Positions 16,219-26,871 of a stretch of DNA of 39,311 bases are shown in pieces. Source of the stretch: a virus; the UHGV virus genome UHGV-0361196. One strand, written 5' to 3'. Numbering within the stretch: the stretch's first letter is position 1; every line of letters starts with the position of its first letter. The position numbers and the translations under genes were made by a program. The notes beneath the pieces are model-generated. The model had not been told where the DNA came from. It saw nothing but the letters and a program-made list of their open reading frames with translations, and searched no databases.

Positions 16219-17874
16219 ATGAACACCAGAGAAAACAACCTTAAAGCCCTTCATGCCCCCCGAAAAATCAACCTGCGTGAGGAAGCCGAACTGCTCGGCG
16301 TGAATATCGTGACCGATATCGGGGAAGCACAGCCCCGCAATGAACCGGTTTTTCTGGGCTATCAGCGCTGCTGGTTTGAGGATGAAAGCCAGATTTGCAT
16401 CGCTGAAAAATCCCGTCGTACCGGTCTGACATGGGCCGAAGCGGGCCGCAATGTCATGACGGCAGCAAAGCCGCGCCGCCGTGGCGGTCGCAACGTCTTT
16501 TATGTGGGTTCCCGTCAGGAAATGGCGCTGGAATATATCGCCGCCTGTGCCCTGTTTGCCCGCGCCTTTAACCAACTGGCAAAGGCTGATGTCTGGGAGC
16601 AGACCTTCTGGGACAGCGACAAAAAAGAAGAAATCCTCACTTATATGATCCGTTTCCCTAACAGCGGATTTAAGGTGCAGGCGCTGTCAAGCCGTCCGTC
16701 TAACCTGCGTGGTTTGCAGGGGGACGTGGTGATTGATGAGGCGGCATTTCATGAAGCCCTGGACGAACTCCTGAAAGCGGCCTTTGCTCTCACCATGTGG
16801 GGTGCCCGCGTGCGGATCATATCGACACATAACGGCGTCGATAACCTGTTTAACCAGTACATTCAGGATGCGCGCGAGGGGCGCAAGGATTACAGCGTTC
16901 ACCGCATCACGCTGGATGATGCCATCGCTGACGGGTTGTACCGACGTATCTGTTACGTCACGAATCAGCCGTGGTCGCCGGAAGCGGAAAAAGCCTGGCG
17001 TGATGGCCTGTACCGGAATGCGCCGAATAAAGAGAGTGCCGACGAGGAATACGGCTGCATTCCTAAAAAATCCGGGGGCGCTTATCTGTCACGCGTGCTG
17101 ATTGAAGCCGCCATGACGCCAGTGCGGGATATCCCGATTCTGCGTTTTGAAGCCCCGGACGATTTTGAATCGCTGACACCACAAATGCGCCACGGCATCG
17201 TTCAGGACTGGTGTGAACAGGAGCTGCTCCCGTTGCTCGATGCGCTGTCGCCGCTCAATAAACACGTACTGGGCGAAGACTTTGCACGCCGTGGCGACCT
17301 GACGGTGTTTGTGCCGCTTGCCATCACTCCTGACTTACGCAAACGCGAATGTTTCCGCGTGGAGCTGCGTAATGTGACCTATGACCAGCAGCGACAAATC
17401 CTTTTATTCATTCTGTCCCGTTTGCCCCGTTTTACCGGCGCTGCATTTGATGCCACCGGTAACGGCGGTTATCTGGCAGAAGCCGCCCGTCTGATTTATG
17501 GCCCGGAGATGATCGACTGTGTGAATCTGACCGCATCCTGGTATCAGGAGTGGATGCCCAAACTGAAAGGCGAGTTTGAAGCGCAGAACATCACGATTGC
17601 CCGGCACCAGACCACACTTGATGACCTGCTCCACATCAAGGTGGACAAAGGTATTCCGCAGATTGATAAGGGGCGCACAAAAGACGAAGGCGGTAAAGGC
17701 CGACGACATGGCGACTTTGCCGTGGCGCTCTGTATGGCTGTCAGGGCGTCTTATATGAATGGTTTTGTTATCGACGAGGACAGCATACAGGCGCTGCCAC
17801 CACGCCACCGTGGTGATGGTGTTGATAACGATGATTTTGATGATTATCACCAGTTTGAACGAGGGGGCTGGTAA
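16219..17874 (+). CDS. terminase large subunit
   Basis: About 551 aa from ATG 16219 (GAGGG upstream); ATPase and nuclease-like acidic motifs (VVIDEAAFHE, DFAVALCMA); the track ORF from 16027 is a 5' over-extension overlapping the upstream gene. Confidence 0.9.
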   Translation: MNTRENNLKALHAPRKINLREEAELLGVNIVTDIGEAQPRNEPVFLGYQRCWFEDESQICIAEKSRRTGLTWAEAGRNVMTAAKPRRRGGRNVFYVGSRQEMALEYIAACALFARAFNQLAKADVWEQTFWDSDKKEEILTYMIRFPNSGFKVQALSSRPSNLRGLQGDVVIDEAAFHEALDELLKAAFALTMWGARVRIISTHNGVDNLFNQYIQDAREGRKDYSVHRITLDDAIADGLYRRICYVTNQPWSPEAEKAWRDGLYRNAPNKESADEEYGCIPKKSGGAYLSRVLIEAAMTPVRDIPILRFEAPDDFESLTPQMRHGIVQDWCEQELLPLLDALSPLNKHVLGEDFARRGDLTVFVPLAITPDLRKRECFRVELRNVTYDQQRQILLFILSRLPRFTGAAFDATGNGGYLAEAARLIYGPEMIDCVNLTASWYQEWMPKLKGEFEAQNITIARHQTTLDDLLHIKVDKGIPQIDKGRTKDEGGKGRRHGDFAVALCMAVRASYMNGFVIDEDSIQALPPRHRGDGVDNDDFDDYHQFERGGW

Positions 17875-19412
17875 TGGGCCGTATTCTGGATATTTCCGGG
17901 CAGCCGTTTGATTTTGACGATGAAATGCAGACCCGCAGCGATGAGCTGGCAATGGTCATGAAGCGTACGCAGGAGCATCCTTCCAGTGGTGTGACGCCGA
18001 ACCGGGCCGCGCAGATGCTGCGTGATGCCGAACGCGGTGATCTGACAGCACAGGCTGACCTGGCCTTTGATATGGAAGAAAAGGACACCCACCTTTTTTC
18101 CGAACTGAGCAAACGCCGCCTTGCCATTCAGGCGCTGGAATGGCGCATCGCTCCGGCACGTGATGCCAGCGCACAGGAGAAAAAAGACGCTGACATGCTG
18201 AATGAATATCTGCATGATGCGGCGTGGTTTGAAGATGCCCTGTTTGATGCCGGTGATGCCATTCTCAAGGGCTATTCCATGCAGGAGATTGAATGGGGCT
18301 GGCTGGGGAAAATGCGCGTGCCGGTGGCGCTGCATCATCGCGATCCGGCGCTATTCTGCGCGAACCCCGACAATCTGAACGAATTACGCCTGCGTGATGC
18401 GTCTTATCACGGGCTGGAGCTGCAACCGTTCGGCTGGTTTATGCACCGGGCCAAATCCCGCACCGGGTATGTCGGCACCAATGGCCTTGTGCGCACGCTT
18501 ATCTGGCCTTTTATTTTTAAAAACTATTCCGTGCGTGATTTTGCAGAGTTTCTGGAAATTTACGGACTCCCCATGCGCGTCGGTAAATATCCGACCGGCT
18601 CAACGAACCGCGAGAAAGCCACGCTGATGCAGGCCGTGATGGATATCGGGCGACGTGCCGGTGGCATTATTCCGATGGGGATGACGCTGGATTTTCAGAG
18701 CGCCGCAGATGGTCAGTCAGACCCTTTTATGGCGATGATTGGCTGGGCAGAAAAAGCGATTTCAAAAGCTATTCTGGGCGGCACCCTGACCACAGAGGCT
18801 GGCGATAAAGGCGCGCGGTCGCTAGGTGAAGTGCATGATGAGGTTCGCCGGGAAATCCGTAACGCGGATGTGGGCCAGCTTGCCCGCAGTATTAACCGTG
18901 ATCTGATTTATCCCCTGCTGGCACTGAACAGTGGCAGCACCATTGATATTAACCGCCTGCCGGGCATTGTATTTGATACCAGTGAAGCGGGTGATATTAC
19001 GGCACTGTCTGACGCCATTCCGAAACTGGCGGCGGGAATGCGTATTCCGGTCTCATGGATACAGGAAAAACTCCATATTCCACAGCCGGTCGGTGATGAA
19101 GCCGTGTTTACTGCTCAACCGGTCGTCATGGATAACGGTCCGCAGAAAGAAGCCGCATTATCCGCTGATGATATCCCGCAGGAGGATGATATCGACCGGA
19201 TGGGCGTTTCACCGGAAGACTGGCAGCGTTCGGTTGATCCCCTGCTGAAACCCGTCATTTTTTCTGTGCTGAAAGATGGCCCGGAAGCCGCCATGAACAA
19301 AGCCGCTTCATTATATCCGCAGATGGATGATGCAGAACTTATCGACATGCTGACCCGTGCCATTTTTGTTGCCGATATATGGGGGCGTCTGGATGCCGCA
19401 GCAGACCATTGA
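17874..19412 (+). CDS. H: portal protein (Mu gp29 family)
   Basis: 512 aa; start overlaps terminase stop (TAATG); directly after the large terminase. Confidence 0.9.
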   Translation: MGRILDISGQPFDFDDEMQTRSDELAMVMKRTQEHPSSGVTPNRAAQMLRDAERGDLTAQADLAFDMEEKDTHLFSELSKRRLAIQALEWRIAPARDASAQEKKDADMLNEYLHDAAWFEDALFDAGDAILKGYSMQEIEWGWLGKMRVPVALHHRDPALFCANPDNLNELRLRDASYHGLELQPFGWFMHRAKSRTGYVGTNGLVRTLIWPFIFKNYSVRDFAEFLEIYGLPMRVGKYPTGSTNREKATLMQAVMDIGRRAGGIIPMGMTLDFQSAADGQSDPFMAMIGWAEKAISKAILGGTLTTEAGDKGARSLGEVHDEVRREIRNADVGQLARSINRDLIYPLLALNSGSTIDINRLPGIVFDTSEAGDITALSDAIPKLAAGMRIPVSWIQEKLHIPQPVGDEAVFTAQPVVMDNGPQKEAALSADDIPQEDDIDRMGVSPEDWQRSVDPLLKPVIFSVLKDGPEAAMNKAASLYPQMDDAELIDMLTRAIFVADIWGRLDAAADH

Positions 19413-20712
19413 TCTGGCGTATGCCGCACGCCTCCCGCCAAAGGAGGCTGTCGCGTATTTCCGCGCCAAAGGCTACAACATCACCTGGAACTGGTACGAA
19501 CAACTGGCAGACGCGCACGCCCGCGCCTTTACCGTTGCCAAAGCCACCCGGATGGATGTCCTGACCACAATCCGTGAGGAAGTGGAGCGGGCTGTCAGTG
19601 AAGGCATCACCCGTGAGGAATTTACCCGCACACTGGCCCCCCGGTTGCAAAAACTCGGATGGTGGGGAAAACAAATCATCGTGGATGCAGACGGAAACGC
19701 AAAGGTAATCGAGCTGGGCAGTCCGCGTCGTCTGGCAACCATTTATAACGTCAATACCCGTACAGCGTATGGGGCAGGACGTTATGCGCAGATGATGAAT
19801 ACCGCCGATTTGTACCCGTACTGGCAGTACGTTGCCGTTATGGATGGCAGAACACGCCCGGAACATGCGCGGCTGCACAATATGGTTTTCCGGTATGATG
19901 ACATTTTCTGGCAGACGCATTACCCGCCCAATGGCTGGAACTGCCGCTGTCGCGTCCGGGCGGTGTCTGCGGCCCGCATGAAAGAACTGGGGCTACAGAT
20001 CAGTTATGGTGCGTCATTCATGAATACCCGCGAAGTGGATGCCGGTACGGATGAAAGCACCGGAGAGATTTTCCGCACATCGTCAACCACGTTTGACAAC
20101 GGTCGGGTAAAAATGACGCCGGATGTGGGCTGGTCATATAACCCCGGTTCGGCGGCATTTGGTACGGATCAGGCACTGATTCGAAAACTGGTGGAAATTC
20201 GCGACGCGCAGTTGCGTGGGCAGGTTGTTCAGACGCTGAATAACAGCCGGGAGCGTCAGCTTGCTTTTTCCCTCTGGCTTAAACGTCTGGCAGGATCACG
20301 TCAGACCGGTCATGAAATCCGGGCACTGGGTTTTATGACGGAATCGGTAGCTGAAGCCGTACATCAGCGCACCGGGAATATGCCAGCCCGTCTGCTTGTG
20401 ATGAACGGGAAAAGTCTGGCGACCACTGCTGATGTCGCCCTGAAACCGGAGGATTTACAGCATCTGCCGTCGCTGATGGCAAAACCACAGGCAGTATTGT
20501 GGGACAGGGAGAACCACCAGTTGCTGTATGTTGTGGCAACCCGTGACGGCATGGCCCGGATTGTGGTCAGAACATCACAGACAGTCGGCAGGCAGAATGA
20601 CCGTGCGGATGTGCTGGTCAGTATCAGCCGCGTATCTGCACAGTCGCTTGAAACCGCGATTGCTGACGGGATGATTGACGTACTGGAGGGACATGTGGAG
20701 GTGAATAAGTGA
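19393..20712 (+). CDS. F: head morphogenesis protein (Mu F family)
   Basis: About 439 aa from ATG 19393; follows the portal gene. Confidence 0.85.
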   Translation: MPQQTIDLAYAARLPPKEAVAYFRAKGYNITWNWYEQLADAHARAFTVAKATRMDVLTTIREEVERAVSEGITREEFTRTLAPRLQKLGWWGKQIIVDADGNAKVIELGSPRRLATIYNVNTRTAYGAGRYAQMMNTADLYPYWQYVAVMDGRTRPEHARLHNMVFRYDDIFWQTHYPPNGWNCRCRVRAVSAARMKELGLQISYGASFMNTREVDAGTDESTGEIFRTSSTTFDNGRVKMTPDVGWSYNPGSAAFGTDQALIRKLVEIRDAQLRGQVVQTLNNSRERQLAFSLWLKRLAGSRQTGHEIRALGFMTESVAEAVHQRTGNMPARLLVMNGKSLATTADVALKPEDLQHLPSLMAKPQAVLWDRENHQLLYVVATRDGMARIVVRTSQTVGRQNDRADVLVSISRVSAQSLETAIADGMIDVLEGHVEVNK

Positions 20713-21179
20713 GTCTTGATATGAACGTTGCCGTGGATGTGCGACGTATTCAGCTTGCACTGGATGAACTGGGAACCGTTACACGTGACCGCGCCATTCC
20801 CCGTGTGATGGCTGCGGCGCTGCTGTCATCCACGGAACAGGCATTTGAACGGCAGGCAGACCCGGATACAGGGAAAGGCTGGGAAGCGTGGAGCGATTCG
20901 TGGCAGGCATGGCGTCAGGATCATGGTTTTGTTCCGGGCAGTATCCTTACCCTGCATGGCGATCTGGCACGCAGCATTACCACCGATTATGGACAGGATT
21001 ATGCCCTGATTGGTTCGCCAAAAATTTATGCTGCCATTCATCAGTGGGGCGGTACACCCGATATGGCACCCCGCCCGGCAGGCGTTCCTGCGCGTCCTTA
21101 TATGGGGCTGGATAAGACCGGGGAACAGGAAATTTTTGATGCCATCAGAAAACGCGTCAGCGCCGCTCTGAGGCAATAA
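20709..21179 (+). CDS. G: virion morphogenesis protein (Mu G-like)
   Basis: 156 aa; GTGA overlap with upstream gene. Confidence 0.75.
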   Translation: MSLDMNVAVDVRRIQLALDELGTVTRDRAIPRVMAAALLSSTEQAFERQADPDTGKGWEAWSDSWQAWRQDHGFVPGSILTLHGDLARSITTDYGQDYALIGSPKIYAAIHQWGGTPDMAPRPAGVPARPYMGLDKTGEQEIFDAIRKRVSAALRQ

Positions 21180-21375
21180 ACTGAATCAGACATGAAATCA
21201 GCCGCACAGATTTTTTAAAACGCGCCACGGGATTTTTAAACCGGTATTTAACGGTGTATGAATCCCGTTTTATCTTCCTTCCACTTTCTTTCTCCAGTAC
21301 TCAAATAGCATAACCCCAGATTTTCCCGCACCTCCCGCAAACTGACTGCTCACAAACCATGATGAGCAGCAGGAC
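21180..21375. other. G-I intergenic region at the genome centre: candidate strong gyrase site and late promoter
   Basis: 196-bp non-coding gap about 18.5 kb from the left end of a 36.6-kb element, the position of the Mu central gyrase site; contains CCCGCACCT (21325..21333), also found upstream of lys. Confidence 0.35.
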
Positions 21376-22461
21376 ATGAAAAAACACGCGATTGGCATTG
21401 CCGCACTGAATGCGCTGTCCATTGACGATGACGGCTGGTGCCAGTTATTGCCTGCCGGTCATTTCAGTGCCCGTGATGGTCGTCCGTTTGATGTGACAGG
21501 CGGTCAGGGGTGGTTCATCGACGGTGAGATTGCCGGGCGTCTGATTGAAGGCGTTCGCGCGCTCAACCAGGACGTGCTGATTGATTACGAGCATAACCAG
21601 CTACGTAAGGACAAAGGATTACCCCCGGAACAACTCGTCGCGGCTGGCTGGTTTAACGCCGATGAAATGCAGTGGCGTGAAGGTGAAGGGTTATTTATCC
21701 ACCCACGCTGGACGGCGGCGGCCCAGCAGCGCATCGATGACGGCGAATTTGGTTATCTCTCTGCGGTTTTTCCGTATGACACCGCCACCGGTGCGGTGCT
21801 GCAAATCCGCCTTGCTGCGCTGACCAATGACCCCGGTGCCACCGGCATGAAAAAGCTGACCGCACTGGCGGCAGACCTTCCCGACATCCTTCAACAGGAG
21901 AACAAACCCATGAATGAAACGCTGCGCAAGCTGCTTGCGCGTCTTGGGGTGACGGTCCCCGAAAATGCAGACATCACCGATGAACAGGCCAGCGCGGCCC
22001 TGAGTGCGCTTGATGCGCTCGAAACAGATGCCGGAAAAGTGGCGTCGTTATCCGCCGAACTGGAAAAGGCACAGAAAGCCGCCGTTGACCTGACGAAATA
22101 CGTCCCGGTGGAAAGCTACAACGCCCTGCGTGATGAACTGGCACAGGCGACTGCACTAAGCGCCACAGCCAGCCTGAGCGCCGTTCTGGACAAGGCGGAA
22201 CAGGAAGGCCGCATTTTCAAAAGCGAACGTGCCTATCTGGAACAGCTTGGCGGTCAGATTGGCGTGGCGGCACTGTCGGCACAGCTTGAGAAAAAACAGC
22301 CCATCGCTGCGTTATCTGCCATGCAGACCACCACAGCGAAAATCCCGTCGCAGGAAAAAACGGCTGTGGCGGTGCTGTCTGCTGATGAACAGGCAGCAGT
22401 GAAGGCGCTCGGCATTACAGAGGCTGAGTATCTGAAAATGAAACAGGAACAAGAAAAATGA
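21376..22461 (+). CDS. I: head protease / scaffold protein (Mu I-like)
   Basis: 361 aa; N-terminal protease-like domain and C-terminal Ala/Glu/Lys-rich helical scaffold-like region. Confidence 0.85.
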   Translation: MKKHAIGIAALNALSIDDDGWCQLLPAGHFSARDGRPFDVTGGQGWFIDGEIAGRLIEGVRALNQDVLIDYEHNQLRKDKGLPPEQLVAAGWFNADEMQWREGEGLFIHPRWTAAAQQRIDDGEFGYLSAVFPYDTATGAVLQIRLAALTNDPGATGMKKLTALAADLPDILQQENKPMNETLRKLLARLGVTVPENADITDEQASAALSALDALETDAGKVASLSAELEKAQKAAVDLTKYVPVESYNALRDELAQATALSATASLSAVLDKAEQEGRIFKSERAYLEQLGGQIGVAALSAQLEKKQPIAALSAMQTTTAKIPSQEKTAVAVLSADEQAAVKALGITEAEYLKMKQEQEK

Positions 22462-23375
22462 TTGTCACCCCGGCATCCATTAAAGCCCTGATGACCTCCT
22501 GGCGTAAGGATTTTCAGGGCGGTCTTGAAGACGCCCCGTCGCAGTACAGCAAAATTGCAATGGTGGTGAACTCTTCCACCCGCAGTAATACCTATGGCTG
22601 GCTGGGTAAATTCCCGACCCTGAAAGAATGGGTGGGTAAGCGAACCATTCAGCAAATGGAAGCGCATGGCTACTCCATCGCCAATAAAACGTTTGAAGGC
22701 ACCGTGGGTATTTCCCGTGATGACTTCGAGGATGACAATCTGGGTATTTATGCGCCGATTTTTCAGGAGATGGGCCGTTCTGCGGCAGTTCAGCCGGATG
22801 AGCTGATTTTTAAACTTCTGAAAGATGGCTTTACCCAGCCCTGCTATGACGGTCAGAACTTCTTCGACAAGGAGCATCCGGTATATCCGAATGTGGATGG
22901 CACGGGCAGCGCGGTTAATACCTCCAACATCGTTGAGCAGGACAGCTTCAGCGGTCTGCCATTCTATCTGCTGGACTGCTCCCGCGCAGTCAAACCGCTG
23001 ATTTTCCAGGAGCGCCGCAAACCGGAACTGGTCGCACGTACCCGTATCGATGACGACCACGTTTTTATGGATAACGAGTTCCTGTTTGGTGCCAGCACCC
23101 GCCGTGCTGCCGGTTACGGCTTCTGGCAGATGGCTGTCGCGGTAAAAGGCGATCTGACGCTGGATAACCTCTGGAAGGGCTGGCAACTGATGCGCTCTTT
23201 TGAAGGTGATGGCGGTAAGAAACTGGGCCTGAAGCCGACGCATATCGTTGTACCGGTCGGGCTGGAAAAAGCCGCAGAGCAACTGCTTAACCGTGAACTG
23301 TTCGCGGATGGCAATACCACCGTCTCCAACGAGATGAAGGGCAAGCTGCAACTGGTTGTCGCTGACTACCTGTAA
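22458..23375 (+). CDS. T: major head (capsid) protein (Mu T-like)
   Basis: 305 aa; ATGA overlap with upstream gene; followed by a terminator. Confidence 0.9.
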   Translation: MIVTPASIKALMTSWRKDFQGGLEDAPSQYSKIAMVVNSSTRSNTYGWLGKFPTLKEWVGKRTIQQMEAHGYSIANKTFEGTVGISRDDFEDDNLGIYAPIFQEMGRSAAVQPDELIFKLLKDGFTQPCYDGQNFFDKEHPVYPNVDGTGSAVNTSNIVEQDSFSGLPFYLLDCSRAVKPLIFQERRKPELVARTRIDDDHVFMDNEFLFGASTRRAAGYGFWQMAVAVKGDLTLDNLWKGWQLMRSFEGDGGKKLGLKPTHIVVPVGLEKAAEQLLNRELFADGNTTVSNEMKGKLQLVVADYL

Positions 23376-23383
23376 CCGTCATT

Positions 23384-23407
23384 AAAAGGCGGTTCAGACC
23401 GCCTTTT
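23384..23407 (+). terminator. candidate intrinsic terminator after major head gene
   Basis: 9-bp stem AAAAGGCGG / CCGCCTTTT with loop TTCAGA; the T-run is part of the stem. Confidence 0.55.
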
Positions 23408-23441
23408 AACCTGATTTAAAGGAAAAGGAGGAGCATGTGTT

Positions 23442-23852
23442 ATGTCAGGCACTTCGCTTAATTCACAACGGCTGGACACTTCTCGCATCACTTGCACGGC
23501 GATTATTAAATGCCTTCGTCCGGTCTACCGCCGCGCCGGAATCGCCTTTACGCGTGGCGAAAACACCGTGGAAGTCACCGAAGAACAACTGGCGATCATT
23601 CGTGCCGACAGCGTGCTGTCTGTGGTATCTGCATCGTCAGCAGAAATGCTCGCTGAGGCTGGGGGGCTGGACGTTCTGGGTATGGGCGATCTGAATACCC
23701 GTATCCGTGCGACCGTTGCCGGTCTGGATAAGGCAAACCCGGAGCACTTTACCGCAGGGGGAGAACCCAAAGTGAAAGCCGTCAGTGCGGCGCTGGGGGA
23801 ACCGGTGAGCAGTGCGCAAATCAAAGCGGCGCTGGCTGAGGCGGATGCATGA
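23442..23852 (+). CDS. head-associated hypothetical protein (136 aa)
   Basis: RBS GGAGGAG upstream; Ala-rich. Confidence 0.7.
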   Translation: MSGTSLNSQRLDTSRITCTAIIKCLRPVYRRAGIAFTRGENTVEVTEEQLAIIRADSVLSVVSASSAEMLAEAGGLDVLGMGDLNTRIRATVAGLDKANPEHFTAGGEPKVKAVSAALGEPVSSAQIKAALAEADA

Positions 23853-24274
23853 ATTACGCGACGGTAAATGACCTGTGCGCCCGCTATACACGTACGCGGC
23901 TGGATATTCTCACCCGCCCTAAAACAGCGGACGGGCAGCCGGATGATGCCGTGGCAGAACAGGCACTGGCAGATGCTTCGGCCTTTATTGATGGCTATCT
24001 CGCCGCGCGCTTTGTTCTGCCGCTTACCGTCGTCCCCTCACTGCTGAAACGGCAGTGTTGCGTGGTGGCCTGGTTTTATCTGAATGAATCACAACCCACC
24101 GAGCAGATCACCGCAACTTACAGGGACACGGTGCGCTGGCTGGAACAGGTGCGCGATGGCAAAACAGATCCCGGCGTGGAAAGCAGGACGGCAGCCTCGC
24201 CGGATGGTGAAAACCTTGTGCGGGTGCAGTCTGACGCGCCGGTCTTCTCACGAAAACAGAAGGGGTTTATCTGA
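23849..24274 (+). CDS. head completion / head-tail joining protein candidate (141 aa)
   Basis: ATGA overlap with upstream gene; assigned by position between head and tail genes. Confidence 0.7.
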   Translation: MNYATVNDLCARYTRTRLDILTRPKTADGQPDDAVAEQALADASAFIDGYLAARFVLPLTVVPSLLKRQCCVVAWFYLNESQPTEQITATYRDTVRWLEQVRDGKTDPGVESRTAASPDGENLVRVQSDAPVFSRKQKGFI

Positions 24275-24822
24275 TGCTGGAAGAAACCGAAGCCGCACTG
24301 CTGGCGCGCGTTCGTGAGTTGTTTGGGGCAACCCTGCGGCAGGTGGAACCCCTTACCGGCACATGGACTAACGAGGATGTGCACCGTCTCTTTCTGGCCC
24401 CGCCATCGGTATTTCTGGCATGGATGGGCTGTGGTGAGGGGCGTACGCGTCGGGAAGTTGAAAGTCGCTGGGCATTTTTTGTCGTGGCGGAGTTGCTGAA
24501 CGGGGAACCGGTAAACCGGCCCGGTATTTATCAGATTGTGGAGCGACTGATTGCCGGTGTTAACGGTCAGACGTTTGGCCCGACCACCGGGATGAGGCTG
24601 ACGCAGGTCAGAAATCTTTGTGACGACAACCGTATCAATGCCGGTGTGGTGCTTTACGGCGTTCTGTTCAGTGGCACAACCCCGCTGCCGTCCGTAGTGG
24701 ACCTGGATTCGCTGGATGATTACGAGCGTCACTGGCAGACCTGGAAATTCCCGGACGAAACCCCGGAATTTGCCGCACATATCAATGTGAATCAGGAAAA
24801 GGATCATGATGCTGAAAATTAA
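24274..24822 (+). CDS. conserved Mu-like head-tail region protein (182 aa)
   Basis: Tightly coupled within the late operon. Confidence 0.7.
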   Translation: MLEETEAALLARVRELFGATLRQVEPLTGTWTNEDVHRLFLAPPSVFLAWMGCGEGRTRREVESRWAFFVVAELLNGEPVNRPGIYQIVERLIAGVNGQTFGPTTGMRLTQVRNLCDDNRINAGVVLYGVLFSGTTPLPSVVDLDSLDDYERHWQTWKFPDETPEFAAHINVNQEKDHDAEN

Positions 24823-25012
24823 ACCCGCAGCGGGAAAAGCCATCCGTGACCCGCTCACGATGAAATTACTGGCTCCGGAGGGAGAAGAAAAGCCCCGTAA
24901 CAGTTTCTGGATACGTCGCCTTGCAGCCGGTGATGTGGTTGAAATCGGGAGCACCGAAAACACGGCGGATGATACCGACGCTGCGCCGAAAAAACGGAGT
25001 AAATCGAAATGA
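24806..25012 (+). CDS. small conserved Mu-like protein (68 aa) upstream of sheath
   Basis: Overlaps both neighbours. Confidence 0.6.
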
Positions 25013-26496
25013 GCGATATTTCATTTAACGCGATCCCGTCAGATGTTCGCGTTCCTCTGACGTATATCGAATTTGATAACAGTAATGCCGTCAGCGGAAC
25101 ACCGGCACCCCGTCAGCGCGTGCTGATGTTCGGGCAAAGCGGAAGTAAAGCCAGTGCGGCACCAAACGTGCCTGTCCGTATCCGTTCCGGCTCACAGGCC
25201 AGTGCGGCATTTGGTCAGGGTTCCATGCTGGCACTGATGGCAGATGCATTCCTGAACGCTAACCGCGTGGCGGAGCTGTGGTGTATTCCGCAGGGAAACG
25301 GCACCGGTAATGCTGCTGTCGGTGAAATCTCACTGTCCGGAACGGCAGGCGAAAACGGCTCGCTTGTGACTTACATAGCCGGTCAGCGACTGGCGGTATC
25401 TGTCGCAGCAGGTGCAACGGGAGCGGCGCTGGCTGACCTGCTGGTTGCCCGAATCAAAGGCCAGCCTGATTTACCGGTGACGGCAGAAGTTCGCGCAGAC
25501 AGCGGGGATGATGACACCCATGCAGATGTGGTTCTGAGTGCAAAATTTACGGGTGCATTATCTGCCGTGGATGTGCGCTGGAACTATTACGCGGGTGAAA
25601 CCACCCCTTACGGGATTATCACGGCATTCAAAGCCGCCTCCGGGAAAAATGGCAACCCGGATATCAGCGCAAGTATCGCGGGAATGGGCGATCTGCAATA
25701 CAAATATATTGTGATGCCCTATACCGATGAACCGAACCTGAATCTGTTACGCACTGAATTGCAGGAACGCTGGGGACCGGTCAATCAGGCTGATGGCTTT
25801 GCCGTGACAGTGCTGTCCGGCACGTATGGGGATATTTCCACGTTTGGTGTCAGTCGTAATGACCATCTGATCTCCTGTATGGGGATTGCCGGTGCACCGG
25901 AACCGTCATACCTGTACGCCGCCACACTGTGTGCCGTTGCCAGCCAGGCGCTTTCCATCGACCCGGCGCGTCCTCTCCAGACGCTGACGTTGCCCGGAAG
26001 AATGCCGCCTGCGGTGGGGGATCGTTTCACCTGGTCAGAACGTAATGCGCTGCTGTTTGACGGCATCTCCACGTTTAACGTGAATGATGGTGGTGAAATG
26101 CAGATTGAACGCATGATCACGATGTACCGCACAAACAAGTACGGTGACAGCGATCCGTCTTATCTGAACGTGAATACCATCGCCACGCTGAGTTATCTGC
26201 GTTATTCGCTGCGAACCCGCATCACGCAGAAATTCCCGAACTACAAGCTGGCAAGTGATGGCACCCGCTTTGCCACCGGTCAGGCCGTGGTGACGCCATC
26301 CGTGATCAAGACGGAACTGCTGGCACTGTTTGAAGAATGGGAAAACGCCGGACTGGTCGAGGATTTCGACACGTTCAAAGAGGAGCTGTATGTGGCACGT
26401 AACAAGGACGACAAAGACCGTCTTGATGTGCTGTGCGGCCCGAATCTGATTAACCAGTTCCGCATTTTCGCGGCACAAGTTCAGTTCATTCTGTAA
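25009..26496 (+). CDS. L: contractile tail sheath protein
   Basis: 495 aa; immediately upstream of the tube gene. Confidence 0.9.
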
Positions 26497-26505
26497 GGAG
26501 CATTT

Positions 26506-26862
26506 ATGGCTGGAAATCAGCGTCAGGGGGTGGCGTTCATCCGTGTCAATGGCATGGAGCTTGAATCAATGGAAGGTGCCTCCTTCACGCCTTCCGGCAT
26601 CACCCGTGAAGAAGTGACCGGCTCGCGGGTTTATGGCTGGAAAGGTAAACCACGTGCCGCAAAAGTGGAATGCAAAATTCCGGGCGGTGGTCCCATCGGG
26701 CTGGATGAAATTATCGACTGGGAAAACATCACCGTCGAATTCCAGGCTGATACCGGTGAAACCTGGATGCTGGCGAATGCCTGGCAGGCGGATGAACCGA
26801 AAAACGACGGCGGCGAAATTTCGCTGGTACTGATGGCAAAACAAAGCAAACGCATTGCATAA
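26506..26862 (+). CDS. M: tail tube protein
   Basis: 118 aa; strong RBS AAGGAG. Confidence 0.85.
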   Translation: MAGNQRQGVAFIRVNGMELESMEGASFTPSGITREEVTGSRVYGWKGKPRAAKVECKIPGGGPIGLDEIIDWENITVEFQADTGETWMLANAWQADEPKNDGGEISLVLMAKQSKRIA

Positions 26863-26871
26863 GGGGAAACA

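Noticed and set aside
22254-23351. 365-aa minus-strand ORF; similar long antisense ORFs at 14544..15419, 24118..24963, 28743..29489, 5301..6170 and 11601..12260
   Set aside because: Each lies entirely antisense to a well-supported plus-strand phage gene (major head, lysis/terminase region, tape measure, transposase, gemA/mor). They lack RBS context and are the stop-poor antisense frames expected in GC-rich coding DNA.
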